From: Pirellulales bacterium
Lineage (GTDB): Bacteria > Planctomycetota > Planctomycetia > Pirellulales > PALSA-1355
Direction: 5' to 3'
DNA: 64,000 nucleotides
NCBI GenBank assembly: GCA_963733035.1
Contig: CAVTBU010000006.1
Location: 192,001 to 256,000 of the forward strand
Each line of letters opens with the position of its first letter. Position 1 is the first letter of the stretch. Both the position numbers and the translations under genes were made by a program. Below are positions 10,536 through 21,363 of this stretch, piece after piece. Under the pieces are notes generated by a model. It was not told the DNA's origin, did not search any database, and saw only the letters and a program-made list of their open reading frames with translations.

Positions 10536-12484
10536 TCGAGCAGCCATTGAGTCATCTCGGACAACCAAGCAAGGTCGAGCGACTCGACAATCTCACTCAG
10601 CGGCTGGCCGATCGACGCATCTTCGAGCATCTGGGCGAGGACCAGGTCGCGAGAACGCACATCCGATGATTGACGTGCCACCAACTGCCAGTCGGGGTCA
10701 AGCTGGATTGCAGTGGATTCGTTGTCGATGCGAATGCGCGGTCGTTGACTGCCGATGCCGAAGCCAACGGCGTTGAGTTCTGACGTGGGGACCGCGACTG
10801 GGGCCGCGGCACTCGTGCTGACGTCGATCAGCGCTAGAAAACCGGTCGATAGGCGAGCAATAATCTGGTCATTTGCATTGACCAGTTGATCGCGATTGAA
10901 GTCGTACGGGCTTGTGATCGGTTCGTCAAAACCAGGATTGAGGCGAACCGCGATTTCGTCGCTGGCATTGGTCACAGCGAGGCCGGCGGGGTCGAATCCG
11001 GCGTCGCCGATACGGTTTCCGAAATAGAACACGTCGGAGGCGGATAGACCGGTATTGGTATCGGAGCCGCCTATCGCGTCATTTCCTTTCAACGTAACTT
11101 CGAGCCAAGTGTTGGAGATGGCGCCATCCGGCCAGGTGATTTCAATCCGGTCGCTGCCACCCACGCCCGCGCCGGATCGCACGGAGATCGATGCGGGGGC
11201 CGGAGCGGTGGCCCAAGTGCCGGGCGAATTGCTGGTGCCGACCTTGAAAGCGAAGTCGCTGGCCGTGATCGTGCCGTGCGTGCTGGCCAGATCAACCATG
11301 ATGCCGTTAATTCCGCGCACGTAATTGGTCACGCTGGCCAAGGTGGCCGAGCCGCTGTCGGGCAAATAGGCCGTCTTGTCCGTGGCGATGGCAAGATCGT
11401 CGGAGGCGTTGATGCTGCTGTTGTTGCCGTCGAAATTCGAGTTGTTGTAAAACACTTGCTGATCAGCCACGCCAATGGTCGAAAGGATTTCATTTCGATA
11501 GGCGGATAAATCGATCATGAGTGTGAAGTTGCCGTAGAGCGCCGTATTGCTCGGCTGACCGCTCAACGGACCACTAATCGCGATCATGAGCCCCGACAAA
11601 ACCCATTTTCCATTGACGAAAGAGAAGACGGCGCCGCCCGAATCGCCGTTGCTGCCTTGCGCTTCATTGGGGAGACCCACCTGCCCGGTAAACGGCAAGT
11701 AGTCGAACTGGGTCGTAAAGCCCGTGATCGTGAGGCTGCCGGCCGTGACGGACAACCCGGTTAGGTCGACGTTGTTTTCTCCCCAACGGACGGCGTGCGC
11801 GCCGGTGATGGAGACGCCTGCGTAGTTGTTGCTGTTCGGATGGGCCGGCTCGGAGATCTCGGTCCAGACCCACGGCGACTGCGTCTTATTCACGCTCCAG
11901 AATAACTGTTGGTTGCGCGTGAGGCCGTTGCCGATCATGAACACGTGACCGCTGGGCGCCGTCGTCGCGATATATGACGAGAGAAGCTCGGGCACTTGCG
12001 GCTCGCCCTCGACGCGAAACATTTTTAGGTCGGTAAGGCTATTGTCAGCGTTGTGAAGTTGATGCACCGACGACATGTCGACGGTGTAGCTCGTGCCGCC
12101 AAAATTAATCGACGACGTCAGCGCCACGTGGCTGGCGGTGATCGCCCATCCGGCCCCCAGGTAGACCACCGTGCCGTAGTTGCCGCTGCTGCTGACGTTG
12201 GCAAAACCCGGCAAGCTCGGATCTCCCGGGCCGCCGGCGGCCAGCAAGCTGGCCGCGTCGGTATTGTCGTTGCCCGCCGCAACCAAGACAGCCGGGTCGG
12301 CAACCGGCGGCGAACTGTCGCCTTGCTGGGTCGCCGATTGGTCGAGGTCAACCAACGGCACCCATGGCGACGTTGTGGAAAGAACGCGACGTTCCTCCAG
12401 TGGTTCGAGGCTCAACGAAACTGCGTTACGAATAGGTGGAGTGCCCAAACGTCGTCGCGCCCACGACAATTGGTTTCGCTTCAT
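10532..12484 (-). CDS. Planctomycete extracellular protein with trypsin-like serine protease domain and dockerin-like C-terminus
   Basis: LEPLEERRVLS motif; ITASHV / TDL / GDSGG triad; YDFNRDQLVNAND repeat. Confidence 0.75.
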   Translation of the reverse strand: MKRNQLSWARRRLGTPPIRNAVSLSLEPLEERRVLSTTSPWVPLVDLDQSATQQGDSSPPVADPAVLVAAGNDNTDAASLLAAGGPGDPSLPGFANVSSSGNYGTVVYLGAGWAITASHVALTSSINFGGTSYTVDMSSVHQLHNADNSLTDLKMFRVEGEPQVPELLSSYIATTAPSGHVFMIGNGLTRNQQLFWSVNKTQSPWVWTEISEPAHPNSNNYAGVSITGAHAVRWGENNVDLTGLSVTAGSLTITGFTTQFDYLPFTGQVGLPNEAQGSNGDSGGAVFSFVNGKWVLSGLMIAISGPLSGQPSNTALYGNFTLMIDLSAYRNEILSTIGVADQQVFYNNSNFDGNNSSINASDDLAIATDKTAYLPDSGSATLASVTNYVRGINGIMVDLASTHGTITASDFAFKVGTSNSPGTWATAPAPASISVRSGAGVGGSDRIEITWPDGAISNTWLEVTLKGNDAIGGSDTNTGLSASDVFYFGNRIGDAGFDPAGLAVTNASDEIAVRLNPGFDEPITSPYDFNRDQLVNANDQIIARLSTGFLALIDVSTSAAAPVAVPTSELNAVGFGIGSQRPRIRIDNESTAIQLDPDWQLVARQSSDVRSRDLVLAQMLEDASIGQPLSEIVESLDLAWLSEMTQWLLD

Positions 12485-13045
12485 TGCGATCCGACTTGCT
12501 AGGGGTAGTGGTTTAGTTTGCCGCCAGCGCACGTCGGAGAGTGGAATTTGCGCGGCGGTCGATGGAAATGGTTTGCGAGTCCGCCGCGGCCCCTGCGGAT
12601 CGGACCTAATAGATCGGTATCAGAAATGCCGCGCCATCCATCTTTGCCAATAAAATACCGTAAACTCGTTTGACAGGGCAAGCGAATTCTTCGGCCACCG
12701 GAAAGTTTGTGTGAGCGTCTGGAATGTGGGTGGAAAATCGTGGCGGTTGGTAAGCTGTCGAGTGGGGTTACCTATTTTCCGTGCAGTGGAGGCATCACGA
12801 TGGACCGGCCGATTCGGGGTGAGGCGGTGCTGAACGAGGACGAACGTCGGATTTTTGAGCGATTAAGGGCCGTTATTTGAGCAGGAGCGACTACGGATGG
12901 CTCCGACGCCGTCTGCCACCAACGCGCCCTGTACCTGAGCCAGCCCGGCGAGCGGGAATCCTGCTGGAAAAACCACCCAAACGAACCACGATCGTGACGC
13001 TCGCACGAATTGACGAATGCTCCCGCCAGCGCTGGCGACAGTGGC

Positions 13046-13270
13046 TCAGGTTGTGCGGTAGGGAGGTCGGGCGCTTCGTCGGAAACGTCCGGCAAGCAAA
13101 ACACCGGCGGGGAGCGATGCGATGGAGAGCGCCCAACTCGACGGCTCCGGAATCTGTGCGATCCATGCTTCCGTCTGTCCGTTCGGGTTGAATCCAGTGC
13201 CGGTAATCGTGTGTCCGTCGGCCGAGACTCCCCAGGCGATAGTCAGCTCCCAATGACTCAGCGCGATCGC
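13046..13270 (-). pseudogene. Remnant C-terminus of a PEP-CTERM protein
   Basis: GVSADGHTITGTG...EAWIAQIPEPSSWALSIASLPAGVLLAGRFRR: PEP motif, hydrophobic stretch and basic tail, with no N-terminus of its own. Confidence 0.6.
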
Positions 13271-13290
13271 CCTCGCGAGCGGTGCAGCAG

Positions 13291-16200
13291 TTATCGGTTG
13301 AACAGGAACGCAGGGCTGTTGATCAGTGCCCACGCAAGATCCTGCGCCGGTCAACCGGACGTTCTTTTGTTGCTCGGCGGCACTCGTGACGGCGTCGCGG
13401 AGGCGAACCCACTGGGTATCGAGCGAGCGGTGATATTCGGTCACCTGGGCTCGCAAGTCCGCTCCACGCTCCTCGGGTTTGATGGCCAGAATCTGCGCAA
13501 TGTTCTCCGGCAGGCTCGATGCGCCCGCGGGCGACGGACTGGCCGAGACTGCGAAGCGAAACTTGCCGATCGTGTGCGTTTCGTCGTACTGATGGTCGAG
13601 CGTGACGACCAATAGCGAGGGCGCATCCAAGTTTAGCGGCTCTTTGAACTCAAACACCGCGGAGTGGTTCTTGCCGAACTCGGGAGCGACAGCCCAGCCC
13701 GTACCGGGGTTTCCGTCGACGGCTCCGGCCACGGCGTAACCCTCCTGCGAGAAATCGGCCATGTTGGCGCCGAACTCGACCGGCTTGGTCTGGCTTGCAT
13801 CGGACGCCGGAGCGATGGTGGCTTTCAATTCCGAAAGCACGAGATTGCCATTGGTGGCGCGTCCCGGACCATGCGCGGGTAGTTTGTCGTCGGCGAGCAG
13901 CTCGAGTCGGAGCCCCGTCAACGGACCGGCCGGCACGGGCAGCGTGACCGTGTAGGTGCCCTTGCCGTTGCTCCCCTCGACGAGCACCGAATGATCCGCC
14001 TGTTTTGCGAAGGTGGCGTTCATGCTGGATTGCATTGCGCCGGGCTTGAGCGTGGTCCAGGTGGGAGCGACTTGGGTCGATTCCCACGCGGCCTGCTTCT
14101 CGTCGAGTTGCTTCTGGTGGGCGTTCAGTTTGCTCTGCAGTTCAAGCACTTCGCCGGCGCTGGCATGCAGGGCCGCAATGCCGGTGGTGATCTCCTCCGG
14201 CTTGGCGGGCCGATTGAGAATCCTGAGGAATAACTCGTTGACCACCTTCGCGTCGTCCGACTCGGCGGCGACAAGTTTGGTGATCGCATTCTCGGGGTTG
14301 GCAATGGCATCGGCGATGGTCGGGCCGTTGACGAGCGTCATCACGGGGCCCAGCATCATGCCGCTCGAGCGTTCACATTCGCACGCGCTTTCACGCGCCG
14401 GCCGTCCGAAGACTTCGAAGAAGCCGCTGGGGAGCGACAGTCCGACGTCGGGAAGTTGTGTGGCCCGATAACCGACTGGTACACCCGGCAAGCTGCTCTG
14501 CGAACCGGTGACTCGCTGGATCGTGTCGTATAGCACTTCGGCCGGCAGGCGGCGGGCCACGGCGTGCGAATAGTTGATCGTGTCGTCTTCATTCCAGCGG
14601 TTCGTCTCAAGCGAAAGCTGATAGGTGCGCGACTTGCAGATCAGCTTCAACACGTGTTGCATGTCGAAACCGCTATCGACAAATTCGCGGGTCAGGTAGT
14701 CGAGCAGTTCCGGATTCGTCGGCGGGTTGCCAGCGCGGATGTCGTCGATCGGTTCGATGATGCCGCGGCCGAACAGATAGCCCCATAGCCGATTGACGTA
14801 GCTTTTGGCGAAGTACTGGTTTTCCTTGGACGTGACCCAGCGGGCCAGTTGTTCGCGGCGCGACGCCTCCTGGCTCACGGCATCCGGGAGTTCATAAGGG
14901 AACTTGGGCGCTGCCGGCTGGCCGGTGCCTCCGTGAGTGACTTCGCCCGAACCGGTGTCGAAAATATCCTCAACCAGTGGGGCGCCACCTTCTACTGCGG
15001 TCTGACCGATGGTCTTGCCGTCGGCGGCGGGGTCGGCCTTGCGACCAACCTGGGCAAAGTACGCGGCCAAATGAAAATACTGCCCCTGCGTCCAGCGTTC
15101 GAAGGGATGATCGTGGCAGTGGTTGCAGTTGAAACGCACGCCAAGGAACAACTGCGTCGTGTTTTCCATCAGCTCTTCGGGCGTGCGAAGCACTTTGTAG
15201 TAGGCTGCCGGTGGATTCTCGAGCGTGGAGCCGCTGGCCGTGAGGATGGTGTACACGAACTTGTCGTACGGCATGTTCTGCGAAACGGCCTGCTTGATCC
15301 AGCCGCGCAGAGCGAATGCGCCTTCCTCGCCCAGGAATTTGCGATTCACCTGCAGCAGGTCGCTCCACTTGTTCGTCCACAACTCGACGTAGTCGCCGCT
15401 GCCCACGAGCTGGTCGACCAGTTCATCGCGTTTGACCTTCGCGTCGCGCTCGTCGGCGACAAAGGCTTGCACCTCGTCAATCGTGGGGGGCAGGCCAACC
15501 AGGTCGAGCGAAACGCGGCGAATGAATTCGGCGTCGGTGCACAACTCGCTTGGCATCGACTTCACTCGCTTGAGTTTGTTGTCGACCAGTTCGTCGACTG
15601 GATTGTTGACCGGCACGTCCTGCCACTCGTAGCCGCTGCGGTCGCCCATAATGGTAAGCGTGCTGGCGGTGTAGGCGCCCTCGAAGCGGGCTAGCACCGG
15701 GGCCTCGCCGCGGCGAATGGCTGTGATCAGTCCCGACTTGTTCGGTTCGGCCACTTCGGTGTTGCCACTCTCGATGAAGGCTTCCAGCGTTACGTCGCGC
15801 ACCGAGCCGTCGCTGTAACTGGCCAGTACGCTCATCTGCTGGGTCATCTCCGGCAGCGGCACGATCGGGTTCTTGGGGAAAATTTCGATCGACGTCACCC
15901 GGGGGCTGTCGAGGTCGAGCTTCAGACCGTCGGCAATCCAGGCGCGGATGGTCTCGTAGTAGGGTTCGCCGGGCTGAGTGAGCACGCCGCCGACGTGCGG
16001 GATGACGCCCGACGGCTTCAGCAGCATCAGGCTTTGATCGGGGGCGGCCCGATTGATGCGCCGGCCGGCCACGTCGTCGGTCAGTGCACGATGATCGAAC
16101 AGCGGGTCGTAACCGCGCAGCGAGAGCTTGAAGCCCCCCTTGCCGGCCAGCGAGCCGTGGCAGGTGCCGGCGTTGCAGCCGAGCTTGGACAGCACGGGCA

Positions 16201-16603
16201 TCACGTCGCGCACGAAGCTCGGCTGGAACTTGGTTGTCTGGCCGGCTACGGTCAGCGGCACGGCAATGGATTTGTCGCCGAGCGAAAAGGTGACTTTTCC
16301 TGCGCCGTCTGTTTTGGGGCGAACCAGTAGCGACGGCGAGACCGAGGCCAGATCATTTTCGACCGTCGACTCGACCATTCGCGTCGCGTCAAGCGAAGAG
16401 CCATCGGACAACTTGGCCGTGATGAGGACCTGCGAGTAGGCGTACTTGTGGTCGAGATTGAGCGCCGCGGGTTGGGCTTCCAACGAAACGACCTGCGCGC
16501 CTGCGGGCAGGTGCTCGGTGGGAGCGGCCACAACGGAACTGCTCACCAGCGACGACATCCCCACGACCAGAACGATTGCCAGCCAGTTTCGCTTCATACC
16601 CAT
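13291..16603 (-). CDS. DUF1549/DUF1553 (PSD1/PSC) planctomycete protein, frameshift near 13350
   Basis: CNAGTCHG, CNHCHDHPF and RESACECER motifs; the family C-terminus QDLAWALINSPAFLFNR* lies in another frame and ends at 13291. Confidence 0.88.
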
Positions 16604-16660
16604 GATCTTCCTTATATTGCCCGAGGGCGGTTAGTCCTGGATTGCCTGGGAGCAAGGGTG

Positions 16661-18091
16661 TCACTTGTTGGCGGCCACTTCGGCCGAGCCGAGCGGCACG
16701 GGCGAAAACTCCTTGATGAGCTTGCCGCTGGCGGCGTCGTTGAGCCGCACCATGCCATCAAAGCCGGCTGACGCCACGACGTTGCCGGCTGTGTTGAAGC
16801 AGACGGCATAAATGCCGCCGTGTTGTGCTTCCATCTTCGCCAGCAGCTTGCCGCTGTCGGTTTCGTAGACGCGCACTTCGCCGCTGCCGTCGAGGCTGCT
16901 GCCAACCACGAAGCGGCTGCCGTCGGTATTGAATCGCACGTCGTAGATTCGCCCGGGAGCTGCTTCGTAGGCTTTGATCAGGTTAAAGTCGTCGCCGATC
17001 TTGCGGTCCTTGGTTCGCAGCATCTGGTAGGTTTTTGGCACGCCGTCGGCCCCGCCAATCAGCAACTCGTCCTTCTGCGGGTGGCGATCGACGGCGTTCA
17101 AGCCCCCTTTAAGGGCGCCGGGCGTGATGCTCGTGATGTTATCGACGAACCGCTGGGTGGCCACCTCGACGAGCTTCATCGAGCGGTCACGGCTCACCGA
17201 GATCAGGTAGTTGCCTTCCTTCGAGAAGACCGTGTCGAGCACCCAGTCGTTGTGAGCGCCCTGGTAGAGCACCTGCTTGCCGGTGGCGGCATCGACCGCC
17301 CGCAAGGTGTTGTCGGCGCAGCCGAAGGCGATCTTGGTTCCGTCAGACGACCAACTGGCGCCGTAGATCGTGTCGTAGGTGACGGGTAAGGCGTATTTCA
17401 ATGCGTGCGTGTCGACGTCCCATACTTGCAACTCACCCAGCCGGCCGGGCGATCCGCCGGCCACCGCCAGCAGCTTGCCGTCCGGCGAGAAGGCAACCGC
17501 TTCGATCCGCTCGGCCTGGCCAACCAGGCGGGCGACCAGTCCGGAACCGTCTGCCTTGTGTAGCAGCGTTTCGTGGTAGCCGCTGACGGCCAGCAGTGTG
17601 TCGTCGGGTGAGAAGTCCAAGGCCGTCAGTACCGGCGGCGCTTCGTAGACCGGCGGATGTTCGGCGTCTATCGTGTCGCGCACCGATGCGGGCGTATCGT
17701 CAACCGCTCCCTCGGCGATCCACTGGGTGATCTTCTTGACGTCGGTGTCGGCCAGCGGAGGTTTGTCCTTGGGCATCGAAGCCTTGCCCTCGGCCGGCGT
17801 GATCTGTTCGATCAGATAGCTTTCGTCCGGCTTGCCCGGAACGATGGCGGCCAGTTCGCTTTCGCCCCCTTTGAGCAGCCCGTCGCGATTGGTCATCACG
17901 TAGTCGCCTTCCGCCTTGGCTGGCTGGTGGCAGCCCTGGCAATTCGCTTGCAACAGCGGGCGGACATCGCGGAAGTAGCTGACCTTGCCACCGGCAGCCG
18001 CGGGCTTGGCATCCTCCGCCGAGGCAGAGCCAATGGCGCTGAGGCAACAAGCCGAAAAGAGGAGCGCCGCACGTGCAACGGATCGGGTCAT
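16661..18091 (-). CDS. Planctomycete cytochrome c domain + WD40 repeat protein
   Basis: Signal peptide, CQGCH heme motif, repeated FSPDG/WD-type blades. Confidence 0.88.
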   Translation of the reverse strand: MTRSVARAALLFSACCLSAIGSASAEDAKPAAAGGKVSYFRDVRPLLQANCQGCHQPAKAEGDYVMTNRDGLLKGGESELAAIVPGKPDESYLIEQITPAEGKASMPKDKPPLADTDVKKITQWIAEGAVDDTPASVRDTIDAEHPPVYEAPPVLTALDFSPDDTLLAVSGYHETLLHKADGSGLVARLVGQAERIEAVAFSPDGKLLAVAGGSPGRLGELQVWDVDTHALKYALPVTYDTIYGASWSSDGTKIAFGCADNTLRAVDAATGKQVLYQGAHNDWVLDTVFSKEGNYLISVSRDRSMKLVEVATQRFVDNITSITPGALKGGLNAVDRHPQKDELLIGGADGVPKTYQMLRTKDRKIGDDFNLIKAYEAAPGRIYDVRFNTDGSRFVVGSSLDGSGEVRVYETDSGKLLAKMEAQHGGIYAVCFNTAGNVVASAGFDGMVRLNDAASGKLIKEFSPVPLGSAEVAANK

Positions 18092-18253
18092 AAAAGCACC
18101 CAGGTCGAGCCGGAGGTTGGAGGTTCAGGCGGGGGAGGGCGCGTGGAAACACCCAGGATCCGAATATACACACCCCAGGGGCCGGTTGGCAAGAAAATGG
18201 GTAGTGGGTCAGTCTAATCCAGGATTCTCGGAAATAGCTTCCCAGGTCGTGAT

Positions 18254-18463
18254 TTACCGGCGTATCGAGTTGCCTATGACTGCTCCGCCGATCATCAGCA
18301 CGACAAATTGCACTAAACTGGCAAGCACTGCCGCAACGATGGTCAGTTCACTATAGGATGACGCCCATCGCACTAAAAGCATGCCGGCGGAGAGCCCCAG
18401 AATCATGCCCAATGCAGCACCAGCCGATTCGAAAACTGCATTGCTCTTGGGGGGCTTGCTCAT
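18254..18463 (-). CDS. Small membrane hypothetical protein
   Basis: 69 aa with two hydrophobic segments. Confidence 0.4.
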   Translation of the reverse strand: MSKPPKSNAVFESAGAALGMILGLSAGMLLVRWASSYSELTIVAAVLASLVQFVVLMIGGAVIGNSIRR

Positions 18464-18563
18464 ACGGCCAGTATAGCCGGGGAGAGAGCGGGTCTTCTAC
18501 AAAGAAGGCTTACGAAGAGTCTTTGCTTTGCGTGTTGATCGCAAGTGACGCAGGCAATTCAAA

Positions 18564-18887
18564 CTAACCCTTGCACTTCTTGCAGTTCAATTGCTCGTCG
18601 GGGATCAGCAGGTCTTCCAGCACGCGGCCGCCGAGGATGGTTTCTTCGATGATTCGCGGTACGTCGTCGGGCGTGACGTGGCCGTACCAGATCGCTTGTG
18701 GGTAGATAACCACGGTGGGGCCAAGGTCGCACTGGTCGAGGCAGCCGGCCGAGTTGGCCCGCACCAGGGGCGTGAGGCCGCGCCGCTTGAGTTCCTTTTT
18801 GAACGTGCTGCGGAGCTTCTCCTTGCCGTCGCGGTCACAACTGCCGGATTTGCAACAGACGAAGATATGGCTCGTGAACTTCGGCAT
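18564..18887 (-). CDS. Thioredoxin-like [2Fe-2S] ferredoxin
   Basis: HIFVC...SC...GCLDQCDLGPTVVIYP...WYGHV. Confidence 0.88.
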   Translation of the reverse strand: MPKFTSHIFVCCKSGSCDRDGKEKLRSTFKKELKRRGLTPLVRANSAGCLDQCDLGPTVVIYPQAIWYGHVTPDDVPRIIEETILGGRVLEDLLIPDEQLNCKKCKG

Positions 18888-18916
18888 CGGTTGCGGGTGC
18901 CCTTAGAGGTGAAAAC

Positions 18917-19231
18917 TCACGATGGAGCGAGCGCCGGCCACTGTGGATCGAATTTGATCATCGGCGGTGCGTTCGACTGGGGCGAGATCGGGGCGGCTCG
19001 GCCGGCCGGTGCGAACGGCGGAAACCCAAGCGACATGAAATGCTCGTGCACTTGCCGCTGCCGCCTGCTGGCTTGCTGGTGCTGCACGCAAACCGCGATC
19101 ACGAGCGTCAGCCAGGTGATCGCGGCCAACAGGGTGCGTAGTCGAAACTGGTGCCGTCGGGTGGCCTTGCGGTGCGTCATATGCACCATCATACCGCCCC
19201 GGTCCAGCTGAGACTGGTCCAGATAGACCAC
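18917..19231 (-). CDS. Small hypothetical protein with planctomycete QFRLRTLL-type N-terminal motif
   Basis: QFRLRTLLAAITWLTLVIAV segment; start uncertain. Confidence 0.4.
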   Translation of the reverse strand: MVYLDQSQLDRGGMMVHMTHRKATRRHQFRLRTLLAAITWLTLVIAVCVQHQQASRRQRQVHEHFMSLGFPPFAPAGRAAPISPQSNAPPMIKFDPQWPALAPS

Positions 19232-19287
19232 CCGATGGGTCCCGGCGTGGGCAGGGATTCAAACCTCCCAGGCCGCGATGTTCGTTT

Positions 19288-19851
19288 TCACAAATGCGCA
19301 TGGCGACCGACAAGCTTCACCGTGCTCGCCTGAGGGCCCTTTTCGCCCAGTTCCTCGACATAGGTCACTTCGGTTCCCACGACAAGTCGGGCAAACTCGC
19401 CGTTGACCAGGCTATTGGCATGGAAGTAAATCTCCCGACCGTCGGGCGTGAGGATGAAGCCGTAGTGGCTGCCGGCAAACAGTCGCGCGACGCGGGCATG
19501 AGGAAGCGGCTGATGATGCTTAACCCGCGCCTTGCGCTGGCGAACGAAGTCTTCCAATTGCCGGGCCGCGGCATCGAAGGCATGTGCCAGGGCGACGTTC
19601 AGATCTGCGTGTTCCGGCTGTTGAGAGGGTTCGCGGTTGACGACGATTTCGCGTCCCGGAACCGTCAGATCGATTCGGACCTGGTACAGGTTGCCGGTTG
19701 CGTGCTGCCGATGCGGCATGTCGAGCACCACGCGGCAGGCAACGATCCGATCGTAGAGACTCTCGAGACGGGCCAGATGCTGTTCGACGTTTTTGGCGGT
19801 TTTGTTGGAATGGGGCACACTGCGAAACGCGATTTGCAGCGGAGTTTGCAT
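19288..19851 (-). CDS. HPF/RaiA ribosome-associated domain fused to cold-shock domain
   Basis: MQTPLQIAFR...CRVVL...VRIDLTVPG N-terminal domain; YGFI...IYFH...GEKGPQASTV cold-shock domain. Confidence 0.85.
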   Translation of the reverse strand: MQTPLQIAFRSVPHSNKTAKNVEQHLARLESLYDRIVACRVVLDMPHRQHATGNLYQVRIDLTVPGREIVVNREPSQQPEHADLNVALAHAFDAAARQLEDFVRQRKARVKHHQPLPHARVARLFAGSHYGFILTPDGREIYFHANSLVNGEFARLVVGTEVTYVEELGEKGPQASTVKLVGRHAHL

Positions 19852-20043
19852 GACGGCTCCTGAACAGGGCGCGATGGGAAGTAGCCGGGGCGAGAATTGA
19901 TCGCGGCCAAAGCCCCGCAAGCGCGCCCCGCTACGGATCTCGCGGCAATGGCGAGACCACCTTATATTCTAGGGCAGCCGCACGGCGGATAGCGGCCCGG
20001 TTGTTCAACTCGCTCTGGCTTGAGAAACGAAAGGGGGAGAACC

Positions 20044-20625
20044 GTGGCGGTTACACCGAAGATACTGGCCTTTGCCGGCAGCACCCGGCGAGGGTCCTGG
20101 AACCGCAGCTTGATTCGGATCGCCGCGGCCGGCGCCCGGGAGGCAGGGGCCGAAGTCACGCTGATCGAGTTGGAGGACTATTCGCTGCCGCTGTTCAACC
20201 AGGATGATGAAGCGGCCAAGGGTCTGCCGCCCGCGGGCCGCAAGCTGAAGGATCTGTTCCTTTCGCATCAGGGATTGTTGATTGCTTCGCCCGAGTACAA
20301 CAGTTCGGTCACGGCCCTGCTCAAGAACACGATCGACTGGGTCTCGCGCCCCGTGGAAGGACAACCCCCGTTGGCCGAGTTTGCCGACAAGTCCGCCGTC
20401 ATCATGAGCGCGTCGCCCGGAAGCCTGGGAGGCCTGCGTGGGCTGGTTCACTTGCGGGCCATCCTGGGGAACATTGGCGTGATCGTTCTGCCGGCCACGC
20501 TTTCGATTTCGGGCGCCCATCAGGCGTTTGCCGACGACGAAACCCTGGTCGACCCGAAACAGCATGCACGTGCTGGCAGCCTGGGGGCCACGCTGGCAAA
20601 ATACCTGGCCCGGCTCGGCAGCTGA
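20044..20625 (+). CDS. NADPH-dependent FMN reductase
   Basis: ILAFAGSTRRGSWN, SPEYNSS, LKNTIDW, SPGSLGG. Confidence 0.9.
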   Translation: MAVTPKILAFAGSTRRGSWNRSLIRIAAAGAREAGAEVTLIELEDYSLPLFNQDDEAAKGLPPAGRKLKDLFLSHQGLLIASPEYNSSVTALLKNTIDWVSRPVEGQPPLAEFADKSAVIMSASPGSLGGLRGLVHLRAILGNIGVIVLPATLSISGAHQAFADDETLVDPKQHARAGSLGATLAKYLARLGS

Positions 20626-20743
20626 GCCGCTTTACGGCGGTGTGTACTTGCTTCAACCGACTTGGCGGATGAAAATACATCCCGGCTGGCCGCGCTCATC
20701 AGTTTCCGCGCGCGAAAGCGAATTTGCCGAAGGACGATCACCC

Positions 20744-21363
20744 GTGTTCGACGCCGACGCTTCCCTCTCGGACACCGATTTGATGGCCCGCGTGCAACGC
20801 GGCGAGACGGAATTGTTCGCCCAACTCGTCGCGCGTTACGAGGCGCCGTTGCGCCGGTGGCGCGCAGTCGGCTGGGACGTGCGGACTGGGCGGACGACGT
20901 CGTGCAGGAGACGTTTTTGGCGGCGTTCAAGTCGCGAAGGACGTACGACGCACGTTTCAGCTTTCGCACCTGGATGTGGACGATTTTGCTTCGTCAGTGC
21001 CACGGGCACTATCAACGCCGGCAGCGCAGCATTTTGGTCGAGCCTCACTGGCCCGAAGATCACGAGCTTGCCAAGAACAGTGGAGCCGACGGCACGCCGC
21101 TTGCTCAACTGTTGGCGAAGGAGCGGTCGGCGCAGCTTGAGCTGCTGCTCAAGCAACTGCCGCTTTCGCAGGCCGACGCTCTCCGGCTACGTTTTTTTGG
21201 GGAACTGAAATTTCACGAAATCGCCGATGCCATGCAGTGCAGTCTGAACACGGCCAAGAACCGCGTTCGCTCGGGGCTGATACGCATGGCGGAGCTACTT
21301 GAGTCGACCAGCCTGTCTGGAGTGCGGGGTGGGTCGCATCAGCAGGAGTCTGCCGAGTCATGA
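20744..21363 (+). CDS. ECF RNA polymerase sigma factor, frameshift near 20858
   Basis: SDTDLMARVQRG...(shift)...DDVVQETFL...FRTW...EIADAMQCSLNTAKNR. Confidence 0.85.

Noticed and set aside
13046..16603. 1185-aa ORF as a single real protein
   Set aside because: The family C-terminus is present in another frame ending at 13291; the extension is best explained by an indel.
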